DNA from: Paraspadella gotoi
Taxonomy: Eukaryota; Animalia; Chaetognatha
DNA length: 64,000 nucleotides
Assembly: GCA_051294375.1 (NCBI GenBank)
Contig: CM119263.1
Span: 1,228,510-1,292,509, forward strand
Reading direction: 5' to 3'
The notes beneath the pieces were generated by a model. It searched no databases and had not been told where the DNA came from. It saw only the letters and a program-made list of their open reading frames with translations. The position numbers and the translations under genes were made by a program. This document shows positions 37,540 through 50,539 of this stretch, piece by piece. The first letter of the stretch is position 1. The number at the start of each line of letters is the position of its first letter.

Positions 37540-38000
37540 TTACAATGACAGCAATTGAACCAAGAGGCAGCAATGGCACCAAGAGGCAGCATTCGCTGAA
37601 AAAGGCAGCATGGCACCAAGAGGCAGCAAAAACATCAAGAGGCAGCAATGGCATAAAAAGTCAGCAAAGGCATCAATGGCAGAAATGGCACACGACTCTT
37701 GTCAAGAGGCAGCAATGACATCAAGAGGAAGCAAAGGTATTAAGAGGCAGCAAAGGCAGAAATGGCAGAAATGGCATCATAAGTCATCAATGGCTATAAG
37801 AGGCAGCAATGACACCTAGATCCAGCAATGGCTGCAAAGGCATCAAAAGGCATCAATGGTATTAAGAGGCAACAAAGACAGCAATGGCAGAAATGACACC
37901 ATGAGGCATCAATGGCATCAAAAGCCAGCAATAGCATCTAGAGGTAGCAATGGCATCAACAAGCATCAATGGCTGCAATGGCACAAAGAGGCATCAATGA
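37540..38000 (+). repeat. Degenerate approx. 19-bp minisatellite AAGAGGCAGCAATGGCA(T/C)C
   Basis: About 20 variant units. Confidence 0.85.
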
Positions 38001-39287
38001 CAACGTCCATTACCCGTTATTACTTCTCATCATTTGAAAAAATGAGAAATGACGCAAAAATCACCATTTTTTCTAGATTTGTTTTTCTCTTTCACTTTCA
38101 CAGTTTTTCTTTCACAAACTAATGTAAAATTCTCGTGAAAATGTCGATAAAAACTCGATAAAACGTCGCGTGAGAAAATCGAGAATCTTTTTTCCAAACG
38201 AGGAAATTCATTACCTTTTATGCGCCTTTTTTACTTCCTCTTTTCCTATTTGCTTTTTTTTCTTCTTCCTCTTTGCTCTTTTTTATTTGCTCTTCTTCCG
38301 CTCCTTTTCCTTTTGCTCTTTTTTTTTCCTCTTTTCCTATTTGCTTTTTTTTCCTCTTTGCTTTTTTATTTGCTCTTCTTCCGCTCCTTTTTCTCTTTGC
38401 TCTTTTTTTTTGCTTCCTCGCAACGTTGCGTTTTCCTCTCTCGATTTTCCTTTTTTCCCTTTTTTTTCTTTTTTATTTTCTCTCCTTTTCTTTTTCCTTA
38501 TTCTTCCTTATTTATCCTTCCTATACACTCAACCCTTGTCCAGTGTCCAGTGCTCATCCTATTTTCCGTATTTGTTTGTTGTCGTTTCCAAGTCAACCAC
38601 CAACTGATGTCATTGCCTTGTCAAACCTTTGTCTTCTCGACCAACGCTTGGCTGAGGAAGTCTCCGCTGGCAGCCATTCAACTTTCAGCTTTTGTCTTCC
38701 CGTCTCCTTCCTATCTCCTTCTATCTTCTTCCAATTTTTGTTTATTCCTGTCTCTTTCTCTACTCCTTCTCCTTCTATCTTCTTCCATTTCTCCTTCCAC
38801 CCTTTCTCTTTCCACAATGTCTCCTTCTCCATCTCCTTCCCCTTAATTCTCCCCCCCCTTTCACTCCCATAAGTTATTCCGTCTCTCGGGGATTTCCCAC
38901 TCCAGTATTTTTCTCTTTTTTTTTAAATTTTTCTTCTTTTTTTCTTTTCTGAATTTATTTTTCTCCTCATCTCATTAGTGGCCGCCGACGCCGCTGGATT
39001 GAAATGTGCCTTACTTGAAGTATTTCTCCTTTTTCTTCCTTATTTTACTTTTTCTCTTTCTATTCAGCCAAATAAAATTCCCCTTTTTCTGCCTGTTTAT
39101 CTGGTGTGGCAGCTTGTTTCTCATTGTGAAGGACACGCGCAATCGAGCATTCGAGCCGTCGCCGATCCCTTGAAGTTTAACTTGGGACTTAAAATGCGTG
39201 AGATTCAGAAATTCAGCTGAATAGCGAGGAAATTGATGAATAAAAGGGAGACAAAAGGAGAAAAGATTTCGGAAACAAGGAATGCAC

Positions 39288-39389
<102 letters not shown>

Positions 39390-40127
39390 CATTCAGTTGT
39401 AAATCGATCCAAGGTTTACGCGTAACGAACCGATGGCAATTAGTTTACTGGTCAGAAATTCACGAGATTATTTCTTTTTTTCTCTCTCTTTTTTAACGCA
39501 TCAAATCTTCATTGGAACAACGACAACAACAAAATTCAACAACAACAACAACATTCAACAACAACAACAACAGAAGCACGGTAGCGAGGTTTCCTTCTCG
39601 CGCGAGTAGCCTCACCCAAGACCGGGCGCCAAACCCGCTCCCCGCCCCTGGATTAAAAGGGTAAGTTATTTTTCTTTTTTAACAAATTTTAAAAATGAAA
39701 AGTGTATAAAAAAACATATTTCGCCCATAATTTTGTTATGAAGTCGAAATTTTTTTTATTTCAAGGTAAATTTAAATTAAATTAAATTAATATCAGTTAT
39801 CTAATCGAATATTTTTAATCATGGATTTGACAAAAAAGATTGCTGTAGTTTCTTCATCCCGTCATTAGCTTTCTGTTGTAGAGTCATCATTATGACATAG
39901 TCGTGTTATCAGTTAGACATTATCGTGTCAATATCATTTCACTATCTCGCCATTATCATGACATTCGCGTATCATCATTGTGATATCGTCGAGTACTTTT
40001 TCTTTTTACCATCGTGTCATCGTCGTGACATCTTCTCATCATCGTCATGTCATAACAGGGACATCGCCGTGTCATCGGGGTGTCATTGTCTTGTCAAAGT
40101 CGCGTCACCCGTGACTCGAATTCACAC

Positions 40128-40200
40128 CTGCGCGTGAAGCCTGATTCGTTTCCGCTACAAACAAAAGGGAAAACATTGGATGGATGATGTTTGGCTCGAT
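40128..40200 (-). CDS. Candidate 73-nt exon of an unidentified minus-strand gene
   Basis: On the minus strand: pyrimidine tract + cccgccag acceptor, a unique-sequence body with two open frames, and a cag|gtgtga donor. A further acceptor (cctcgctattcag) lies at 39217. No homology recognised. Confidence 0.3.
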
Positions 40201-40880
40201 CTGGCGGGAAGAGGAGGAGGAGGAGGAGGAGGAGGAAGAGGAGAGGTGGATAAAAGAAGGTAGAGAAGAAAAAAAAAGTAAAATTTGGGAAATTTAATGT
40301 TGTGAATGCAAAACGCGGGGAGACTCTTACTAAAAAAAATGAAAACGCTTATAAGTAAAATTAAGTAAAAATTAATTGAAAGATAAGGGAAGAGAACGGG
40401 AAGGGAAAAAACAAATGTCCCTAATTGATTGAACGAAATTTCTATGGCGCTCCAACTTTAAAAACAAATGATCGCATCGTTCCTATTCAACATCCACCTT
40501 CCTTTCCCCCTTTCTTTCCTCCTTCCTCCTTTTCTTCCTTCTTCCTCTCCTCCTCCTTCCTTTCCTCCTTTCTTTCCTCCTTCCTCCTTTTCCTCCTTCC
40601 TCTTTTTTCTCCTTCTTCCTTTCCTCCTCCTTCCTTTCCTCCTTCCTCCTTCTTCCTTTCCTCCATTCTTTCCTCCTTCCTCTTTTTCTTCCTCCTCCCC
40701 CTCCTCCTTCTCTCTTTCCTTCTTTTCCTCCGCCACTTCCTCATTCCTTTCCTCCTTCCTCCCTCTCCTCCTCTTCCTCATCTTTATTGTTCTCCTGATC
40801 CCAGTTCCATAGCATAAAACCCCAGACGATCCCTCGGTAAAACTTGGATGTCCTCTGCGAACGACCGAAGCATTTAGGGA

Positions 40881-41011
<131 letters not shown>

Positions 41012-41258
41012 GTTTATTCCCTAACGATTTTTCTTACCGATATAAAAAAGATTGACCTTCGAGTATTTTCCCTTCTTTACCTCTCTTTTACTTATCCTCT
41101 CTTTTACTTATCCTCTCTTTTCTTTTCACCTTTTCTTTTTCCTTTCTTTCTTTTTTTCAACCTCTCTTTTTTGTAACCTCTCTACGTATCTCTTTGACGC
41201 AAACATCAAATCGAAATTCTATAAAACCCGCGAATCTTTCCAAAGTCTCAAAACTTTC

Positions 41259-41316
41259 GGGTCAAAGGTCAAAGGTCAAAAGGCGGTCAAGGTCAATAAT
41301 CCGTCGAAAAAGGTCA
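41259..41316 (+). promoter_or_regulatory. Cluster of nuclear-receptor half sites including overlapping DR1 elements
   Basis: GGGTCA-A-AGGTCA-A-AGGTCA (41259-41278), CGGTCA-AGGTCA (41284-41295), AGGTCA (41311-41316). Confidence 0.35.
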
Positions 41317-42760
41317 AATCTCGAAAGCAGAATTCAATAGTAAATGGAACTGAAAATGATTTTAAGATGTTTAATTTGCATTACATGCATTACTATACAA
41401 TATTCATTATACAACTGGATAAAAATTGCAAATGAACGAAAGAAAATAGATTTTAATTTTCGACTGACCGACCGACTGACCGACTGACTGANNNNNNNNN
41501 NNNNNNNNNNNNNNNNGACAAACTTGTAGGGTTTTAATTAGGAGAATGGCTGACTTGCCATGGATTGTTAAACAGGAGGCCCGTGGTTAAGGGTTACCAA
41601 TTGGCATTAATGCTATCTGCCATCTACTAAGCAAATGGTCAGTTTTGGTCAGGGCCGATTTGGGCTTAAAAAAAACTAAATAATTTGGCATAACTTATTG
41701 TAAACATAGCTAATTTTGATAACAACTAATATTTGTGATAATTTAATCCTTAAAATTTTAGGCAAATAGAACCAGCGAAAAGAACAAAAAAAAAAGAATT
41801 TACTATTTATAGAGTTTTTATGATATTACAGCACTTTTTTAATGATTATTTTTAGACGTAGGGACCGACTGCACCGATCTGAATAACAGGTATCCGTATA
41901 TTCTGTATTCTCGACCGACAGAAACTACCGAGATGATTTCTTAACACAGCACGCGGAAGGAGTGGTTTGACACGCGATACCGAGAAAACTGGCCATGGAA
42001 AATCTCCTTGACATAGAGCAAGCGAACTTGACTGACCATGACCAGGCAAGCAAGCCTGGTTTACTTTAATAGAGTACCATCAAGTACATTTTCACTGCCG
42101 GCGTATGCTTAGACACCATTTTTTGACGCCGCAACCCGAGAGATCTTATATAATAAATGATTCTTTTTGTCAATAAGCAAATATAGAATTTGCTATCAAG
42201 ACATTAGAAGAATCTCGTTTAAAAAAGGGAAAAATAGAATATGATAAAAAGTTCTGCTAATACATATAAGAGATGAAACAACAGTGTAGATTGGTAGCAA
42301 AGAGAGAGAGAGACCGAGAGCTTTTGAGAAGAGGATGGAAGTATTTGAGGAGAGAAGATGGCACATGTAAGAGAAGATGTTAAATACTTGTGGCAGGAGA
42401 TGAGAGAGAAGAAGGAGATGAGTAGAGAGAGACGATGATAGAGAGTCTATCAGTTCAAGGCTCAAGAGTTACCAGTTATAAATCGATATAAGTTTCTCCA
42501 CGGCTTCAGCCTTTGGCAAAGCGAAGAAATCTTTTGGCCCCAACTTCTCATTTATTTTGTTTGTTTACTTGTTTATCGTTTTTACTATTTGGTATTTATA
42601 TAAATCGGATAAACATCGAAATTCAATGTTTTGAAATTCAACATCCCCAGTTCCTCCCCCCCCCCGTCCCCCAGATGGCGCCAATATGAAAACGTGACGC
42701 GCGTCGAAATTTTGAGAGACGCGTGGCGTAGAATTGACGCTGAAAAGGCGCCAACTAAAA

Positions 42761-43346
42761 TCACGTCAACAAGAGATGACGTCAGCTAGAAATGACATCA
42801 GTCTAAGATAATTATGATTTTTCATCAATGACTTTCTAAAAGGAATTATGTGTGATATCTATTAGAAAACTAGGACAGATTGTAATCTAACCTTGTGTTG
42901 TATAGATGCTCCCTCTATTTCTAGAAGACGACACTGACTTCCCCTTCCCAAAATGAGTTATTAGATAAAATGATAAGTAAAAACATTTTAAGATAGCAAG
43001 ACATATATATTTAAAGAATATAGATTGAAAAGTAAAGTTTATTTTGTTAGGTGTAACAACGATTTTTATTTAGAGAATCGTTGTTACACCTAACAAAATA
43101 AATTTTGTTTTTCGCTAATCCCAAAAACAACGAAAAGAGAGAAATTATCACAAAAAGATTATAAAGTAAATCCTTCATAAAATATAAAAATAGAAAATAG
43201 TGAAACAAGTAATTTGAAAATTGTCATAATGTCATTTGGAAATAACGTCAGCCAGAGATGATGTCAGCTAGAAATGACATCAGCCAGAAACGACGTCAGT
43301 ATAAATTGACGTCAGTCGCAAATGACGTCAGTTCTAGTTGACGTCA
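42761..43346 (+). repeat. 16-bp-period array with CRE-like core TGACGTCA, in two blocks (42761-42808, 3 units; 43243-43346, 7 units)
   Basis: Units such as tgacgtcagctagaaa and tgacatcagccagaaa; perfect TGACGTCA at 42777, 43307, 43323 and 43339, plus 43401. Confidence 0.85.
43027..43113 (+). ncRNA. Long hairpin, pre-miRNA/hpRNA-like or MITE remnant
   Basis: Perfect 27-bp inverted repeat 43038-43064 / 43076-43102, extendable outward to 43027/43113 with G-U pairs only. The hairpin itself is certain; its function is not. Confidence 0.35.
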
Positions 43347-43451
43347 ATCGCTCGAATTTCGATGTCAAAGAAGATAAAATCCAACGACGACGTAAGAAAA
43401 TGACGTCAAAGAAAATGACGATCTATTTTCGGGCAACTTCGCCTCCTACGG

Positions 43452-43482
<31 letters not shown>

Positions 43483-43557
43483 TCTCTCTCTCTCTATCAT
43501 ACCCGTCGTCTCTCATCTTTCCTCTCTCTCTCTTTCTCTCCTCTCTCTCTTCTCTCT

Positions 43558-43592
<35 letters not shown>

Positions 43593-43626
43593 CACTCTTC
43601 CCCACATCTCTCCCCCCCTCTCTCTC

Positions 43627-43668
<42 letters not shown>

Positions 43669-44735
43669 CTCTCTCTCTTCTCTTCTCTCTCTCTCTCTCT
43701 CTCTCTCAAAATCAATTACGACCTAAATAATTTTTTGAAAATACTGATATGAACCTAAATTAAGCCACAACGATGACACCACATATTTATTTAAGTTCCA
43801 TCTGCGAAACACAACCCTTGGAAAAAAATGTTGTCCGTTTGGAAACGAATATTTTCCGTTTTCGCTACCGATTCTAATTAAATTATGCAAACGAGTCAGA
43901 AACGAGGAACGACTACAACGATGACGACGATGACGACGACGACGACGACGACGATGACTGACAATAAAGACGATAACGACGAAAAAGTCGACGCCTACGA
44001 TGATGACGCCGAGGATCACAGAGATAAGAAAAAAGAAGAAGGGAAATTCCAATGTGATGCACCGCGGTGACTTTTTAATCACCTGTATTTCTAGGTGATT
44101 ACATGACATAATTAATTAATCATGAAATAAATGTGTTCCAAACATTTTACGGTTGGTCACTTATCGGCAAAGGTTTTAATTGAAACAAGCAAATATAATA
44201 CAAAATCTATTTTTGTAAATATGTCACTATACAAATATGATACGATATGATAAGCACATTAAAGGTCTCATGGTAATTTATCTTAAAATATCGAATTAAT
44301 TGATGCAGTGTTTCTCAAATTATGAGCGTTTAAAACGTAAGTAGGATAGACAGACAGATATACTAATCGACCGACCGCGTCTACTCGCGGCGCAACAAAA
44401 AAAAATTATCAGAAAAATCGTGAAATTCCATCTTGGTTCTCGAAAAAATCTCTAGATGGAGATTTCTCCTTTACGTTTCCGAATAAATGAACAGCGTGCT
44501 TCTTCTTCTTCTTATCTTCTTCTTCTTCTTCTTCTTCTTCTACTTCTTCTTCTTCTTCTTCTTGTCTTTTTACTCTTCAACAGATCCATTTTATTCACCT
44601 CTCATTTCCCCTCAACCTTCTGCCCCCCTCTCCCCCTCCCTCCACCGCTGCCACCCTCCTCGCGGCCCGGAGAGAATCGGGAGGAAAAAGCTGCCATTAG
44701 CGTCGTCGTTGTCGTCGTCGTCGTCGTCGCAAGCG

Positions 44736-44773
<38 letters not shown>

Positions 44774-46299
44774 GGCGGCGGCGGCGGCGGCGGCGGCGAA
44801 TTTTCAACCACCATTACTTCGGTTTCCTGACTTTCGTGTTACGAAACGACGATGACGACGACGATGACGACGACAATGAGTAAATTTTTTTTTAGTTACT
44901 ATTTTGCTATATAACAGATTATCCTTAAAAACACAAATTTAAATCTATATTAAACATTTTTTTATTTAACGCAAAAACTTTAAAAAAAAATAAACAAAAA
45001 ACAATTTTTTACCACACAAGGTCACCGTCGGGACATAATGCTTAGTCGAGGCCGGGAACGAAAATTCTCTAAATGACCTTGAAATTTCCACTCGAAAATT
45101 CTCTATTCAACCTGTTCCAGCGCCTGATTCAGCGCCTATTCCAGCGCCTGTTCCAGCGACTGTCCCAGCATCAGGCGGCGCCTGTTTCAAAACGTCATTA
45201 ATAATGAGCTGAAAGAACAGCCCTAGGATCTTAGCCAACTTCTCAACGGACCGACTTATGGCGCTTAAGCCTGCTCTCTCTCCAAACGGTACAAAAAAGT
45301 CTGTCGCTCTCTCATCCTACAATTATTTACAATCACGAAGTTAACCTTTTATAAAGGGCTCTCTTTTCCCAACGCGCCCCAGTTCTGTTCCCTTATTCCT
45401 AAACTTAATTTTAACCATAATATTTCATTTTAATCTTTTTTTAACCCATAACTCAATCTCTAATTGTTTCTGCGGTTTATTTCTAAAATAGTTTCAAACT
45501 TCAATATAACTACAATGGCCTCTCGACCGACGTCCGACGTCCGAACTCTCATTGAGGGACTTCTGATGTTGGTCCGGCTACTGAGAGACAAAACGCATCG
45601 CTTTTCTATCATACGTAATGAATCAAATATTTTTAATTCTGTCAGAGGGTGCTGGGTAAGAAATTGAACGAAAGTATAAATCTTTGCTGAAATCCTACTA
45701 GACGTTTTATCTTGATTTTCTTGTGTTCTTTGCTCATTTTAATTGTTTTTCTTGTTTGATCATTTTCTTCTCCTCTTCCTCTTCCTCGTTTCTCTTCGTT
45801 CCTAGCGACATCTGTCTGGCGTCGACGACGATTGTTCGTTTGTTTTGCTTAGGGATCCGTGTTGAATTCGAAACGAGGCTGATAAAGGCGCGCTAGGCGA
45901 GTGGCGTCGTTTGTTATGGTTAGATTTTAATCGAAACAGGTAATGATTATTCATTTTACGTCGTAAAAAAAGTTAATTAAATCGCTCACTATTATAACTC
46001 GCACACACTATTTGCTTTACGTTTTATGTTTGTTTACATCTGACTATTTACTTCAATTCCTTTTCTGTTTATAGCTCGCCCCCAACATCCTTTATTTATC
46101 TCTTCGTACACATTTTCTATTCATAGAGGCGATTTTTGCTTTATGACCATTTTAGTCCGGACAAACTACGTTTTTTTGATAAACAACCGTCATTTGTAGG
46201 CGCGGTTGCTATGGGGATGGGTCTGAAGCTGTTTCCACGGAGATACGCGCCACCGATGCGATTCTTTGTATCACGAGCGAGCAACGGTAAATCTTCCAT

Positions 46300-46303
<4 letters not shown>
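43452..46303 (+). repeat. Segment duplicated in inverted orientation at 51413-54300
   Basis: For example, 43705-43730 is the reverse complement of 54083-54110 and 46258-46303 of 51480-51528. Confidence 0.93.
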
Positions 46304-46353
<50 letters not shown>

Positions 46354-48806
46354 AGATAAGGGGGCTCCNNNNNNNNNNNNNNNNNNNNNNNNNNNNNNNN
46401 NNNNNNNNNNNNNNNNNNNNNNNNNNNNNNNNNNNNNNNNNNNNNNNNNNNNNNNNNNNNNNNNNNNNNNNNNNNNNNNNNNNNNNNNNNNNNNNNNNNN
46501 NNNNNNNNNNNNNNNNNNNNNNNNNNNNNNNNNNNNNNNNNNNNNNNNNNNNNNNNNNNNNNNNNNNNNNNNNNNNNNNNNNNNNNNNNNNNNNNNNNNN
46601 NNNNNNNNNNNNNNNNNNNNNNNNNNNNNNNNNNNNNNNNNNNNNNNNNNNNNNNNNNNNNNNNNNNNNNNNNNNNNNNNNNNNNNNNNNNNNNNNNNNN
46701 NNNNNNNNNNNNNNNNNNNNNNNNNNNNNNNNNNNNNNNNNNNNNNNNNNNNNNNNNNNNNNNNNNNNNNNNNNNNNNNNNNNNNNNNNNNNNNNNNNNN
46801 NNNNNNNNNNNNNNNNNNNNNNNNNNNNNNNNNNNNNNNNNNNNNNNNNNNNNNNNNNNNNNNNNNNNNNNNNNNNNNNNNNNNNNNNNNNNNNNNNNNN
46901 NNNNNNNNNNNNNNNNNNNNNNNNNNNNNNNNNNNNNNNNNNNNNNNNNNNNNNNNNNNNNNNNNNNNNNNNNNNNNNNNNNNNNNNNNNAAGGAAGTAT
47001 TAAGAAGAGAGAGAGAAAAGATAAAGTAAAGAGAGAAAAGAAATTCATGAGGAGGGGAAACAAAGAGAGATTAAAGAGAAAGAATAAAATAAGAGAAGAT
47101 AAGACGTGAAATATAATATAATATAATTTAATATAATATAATTTAGTATAATATAATATATTAAGACGTGAAATATAATTAGAAATGGAATAAAGAAATA
47201 AAAAGGCAAAAGAGGAATTAGGAAGAAAGGAAAATGAATTTTAATGTATATCATGAATATTAAAAAAAAAAAAAAAAAACACACAATGGGGAAAAGTGGT
47301 CATTTAATTGTGTAAAAAAGCTGAAAAGATCGATCGTGATAATAAGACAATGATGTCAAGGGTCAGCAATAATGTCAACGAGATTGCATTGCATTTCGAA
47401 ACTCATTCTCGTCTTCAGGATGGCGTCCATCGGCTGATGAAGATGTCGAAGTTCGAGGTCTTTGCCAATCGGGGCAACGATGTGGGCCTCTCCATTGTGG
47501 CGATGAACATGAGAGTGTGGGTGGCCACTGGTTGGTTGAAAGAGTCATGAAGATTTGTTTTTAAAATATGGCTTAAAAAAGCGATTTATTCAACCGTAGA
47601 TCGTGAGGGGCGGAAAAGGTTCGACTTGAATCAGGGATTTTGAAATGTGAATAACTTTTTAAAATGTTAAATTTTAGTTAATTATAAAAAATATATGATT
47701 TTTTCAAAGTGCCTTTTTTCTACAATTGAAATTGTTTATAAAAAGAATATGAAGCTTCAAGGTAATTTGGGAGATAACAAACTTAACATTAAGAGAGTCT
47801 TGACTGAAAGCTCGCTGGGTCCTGCTTAGTGATGCTATGCTAATCTTGTAATGAGGCTGAAGGCCTTAACGTACCATTTCATTTTCATAGCCTGACAGCC
47901 TGTCCAAGGTGTCCATAGTCAGTAAAAAAGATATTTCATACATTATATATATTTATATATTCTGTAATTCGTAATTAAATGTTGCAAAATGTGGGGAAGG
48001 AGGAAAAGGAGGAAGAGGAGGAGGTGAGAGAGGAAAGAAAAGAGGAAGGATAAGCGGAGGAGGAAGAGGCGAGGGAGTGGGAGTGGGAGTGGGAGGAGGC
48101 CGTTGCTGACGTGAAGCTGGAGACTGAAGAGGAACAAGAGTTGGGGTGGAGGAAGAAGGAGGAAAATAGTGGAGGAAGAAAAGAAAAGAGGACGAAGGGG
48201 AAGAGGGTAGAGGAAGATGGGGAGGAAAGAAAAGGAGGAAAGGAGTGGGGGAAGAAAAGAAAATAAGACGAAGGGNNNNNNNNNNNNNNNNNNNNNNNNN
48301 GAGGAGGTGGAGGAAGAAGGGAGGAAATAAAAGAAGAGGATAAGAGTGGAGGAAGAAAAGAAAAGAGGACGGAAGGGAGGAGGGTGGAGGAAAGAAGGGG
48401 GGAAAGAAAAGAAGAAGGAAAAAAGTGGAGGAGAAAAGAAAAAAGGACGAAGGGGAGGAGGGTAGAGAAAGATGGGAGGTGAAAGAAAAGAAGAAGGATA
48501 AGAGTGGGAGGAAGAAAAGGAAAAGAGGACGAAGGGGGAGGTGGAGGAAAGAAGGAGGAAAGAAAAGAAGAAGGAAAAGAGTGGAGGAAGAAAAGAAAAG
48601 AGGCGAAGGGGAGGAGGGAGAGAAAAGATGGGGAGGAAAGAAAAGAAGACCAGGGGATGGAGGTCAGATCAAGGAAGAAAAGAAGTGGTTGAATGGAAAA
48701 TCTGTTCTCTGTCAGAATTCGAAGCAGAAGTTTCGTTTTTAGTTCCGGTTTAATTCTGCGGGGGAGTTAAACGCTTTTCTCGCTCTGCCGTTTCTCTCTC
48801 TCTTCT

Positions 48807-48843
<37 letters not shown>

Positions 48844-48862
48844 CTCTATCTCTCTTTCTCTC

Positions 48863-48916
<54 letters not shown>

Positions 48917-50072
48917 TCTCTCACCATATCTAAATTTCTCCGACCCAATTCACTATTCATTCCACTATCTTCACTCACACACAAATCCCGCCTTCACCTC
49001 AACCTCACCTCACACCTCTCACAAATTCAACGACCCTCCAACAAACTTTTCACAATTTTTTTTTCACCCGCCTTCCCACCTGTGACTCGTGTCTCTTCCA
49101 ACTTTAAAAATTAAACAACTCGGGCACGATGGCGGCAAGGTTGCGCTTGGAGTTCTTTAGGTGCGCGTTCCAGTCTGATTGAAAACGAGGCAGAAAAATT
49201 AAATAGGGGAAAAGCTGGAAAAGAAATTGCCAGACTTTTTTTTAATAAGATTTTAGGGAAAATTAGAATTCAAGAAAATCAAAATATTTGAATGAGCAAA
49301 ATTTTAATTGGCAAAATTCTAATGGCAAGTCAATAACAAAAACGAAATTTAATCATTATTGAGAAAGTAAATTTATGTTCACCGGACTGTCGCCGGTCTT
49401 GGCAAAGGGGGAACTTTTTAAAAACTAATAACAACTTTAACGACGACGAAAAACCGACGCCACAACCTGAAATAAAGTTCCCTTCTCTAACTTTTCACGA
49501 AGGACGAGCTTCTGCCGCCGCCGCCGCCGCCGCCGCGCCGCCGCCTTCCCTTTTAAAATTGGAGGCGGAAAGTTTTTGGGTTCGGGAGGCGACGGAGGCG
49601 ACTAACGGCGGCGTGGAGAATTTATCGGAGACGGCCTTTGATGGCATTTGCGGCGCGTTGAAGCTCGTCGCGAAACGAGAAAGGTGAATTTTTGGAAAAA
49701 GAAACGAATGCCAGATGCGAACGAGAATTCGGGGATTGGAGTGAGGGAAGGAAAAAGTTAAAGAAGGCAGGAAAATATACACGATAAAGAGGAAATAAGG
49801 AAGGTCAGTCAGATATCTCTACAAATTTTTTAAATGGATAACTTTTCAAATCTTGTTTAGAGACATTACTCTCTCTTCCCCTCAGTTCGATCCTGTGGTC
49901 GCTCTAAGCTTGAGTTCCATTTTAATTTATTTAATTAATTCAACAGTATAGTACCGATTACTATATATTTGGTTAGATGATTTATTCGCTATTTTTACAT
50001 GGAGGGGTTCGTAAAGTCGGCGACAGTATTAATCGTGAATGACAATTAGAAACCTTATGCAAACAGGTAAGA

Positions 50073-50330
50073 ATCAGTCCGTCCATAGTCCGTCCTCCGT
50101 CGGTTCCGTCGCATCAGTCAGTCCATTCAGTCCGTACATCAGTCCGTCCGTTGGCTCAGTTCCGTCCATCAGTCCTCCCTGCGTCAGTCGTTCATCGTAC
50201 GATCCATCAGTACGTTCTCAATAAGTCCGTGCATCTGTCCGTCTCTTCGTCCGTCCGTGAATCAGTCTGTGCCTCAGTCGTTTCGTTCATCGTCCGTGAT
50301 CAAGTACGATCACGATCCAATCTGTCCGTC
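50073..50330 (+). repeat. 12-bp repeat CATCAGTCCGTC (duplicate 57398-57653), starting just after a cag|gtaag donor-like site
   Basis: Direct reading. Confidence 0.85.
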
Positions 50331-50539
50331 CTTCTTTCAAAAGAGTCATTTAATCAAAAGCTTTCAACTTCAAAACGTTAACCATTCTCCCCTTTTCTTT
50401 ATCTCCTCGAGATTTAGACCAAAAAGAGATAAAAAACAAAAGATCAAAATCCATTTTGCGCCGAATTTCTTTCCGAAGGAAAAGGGTAAGAAAAAAATAA
50501 AGGAATAAAGGGAAATCAAAGGCGAAAGTGAGGGGAGAA

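Noticed and set aside
46205-46218. RFX X-box (GTTGCTATGGGGAT)
   Set aside because: The second half site is poor, it differs in the duplicate copy, and it is far from DNAL1.
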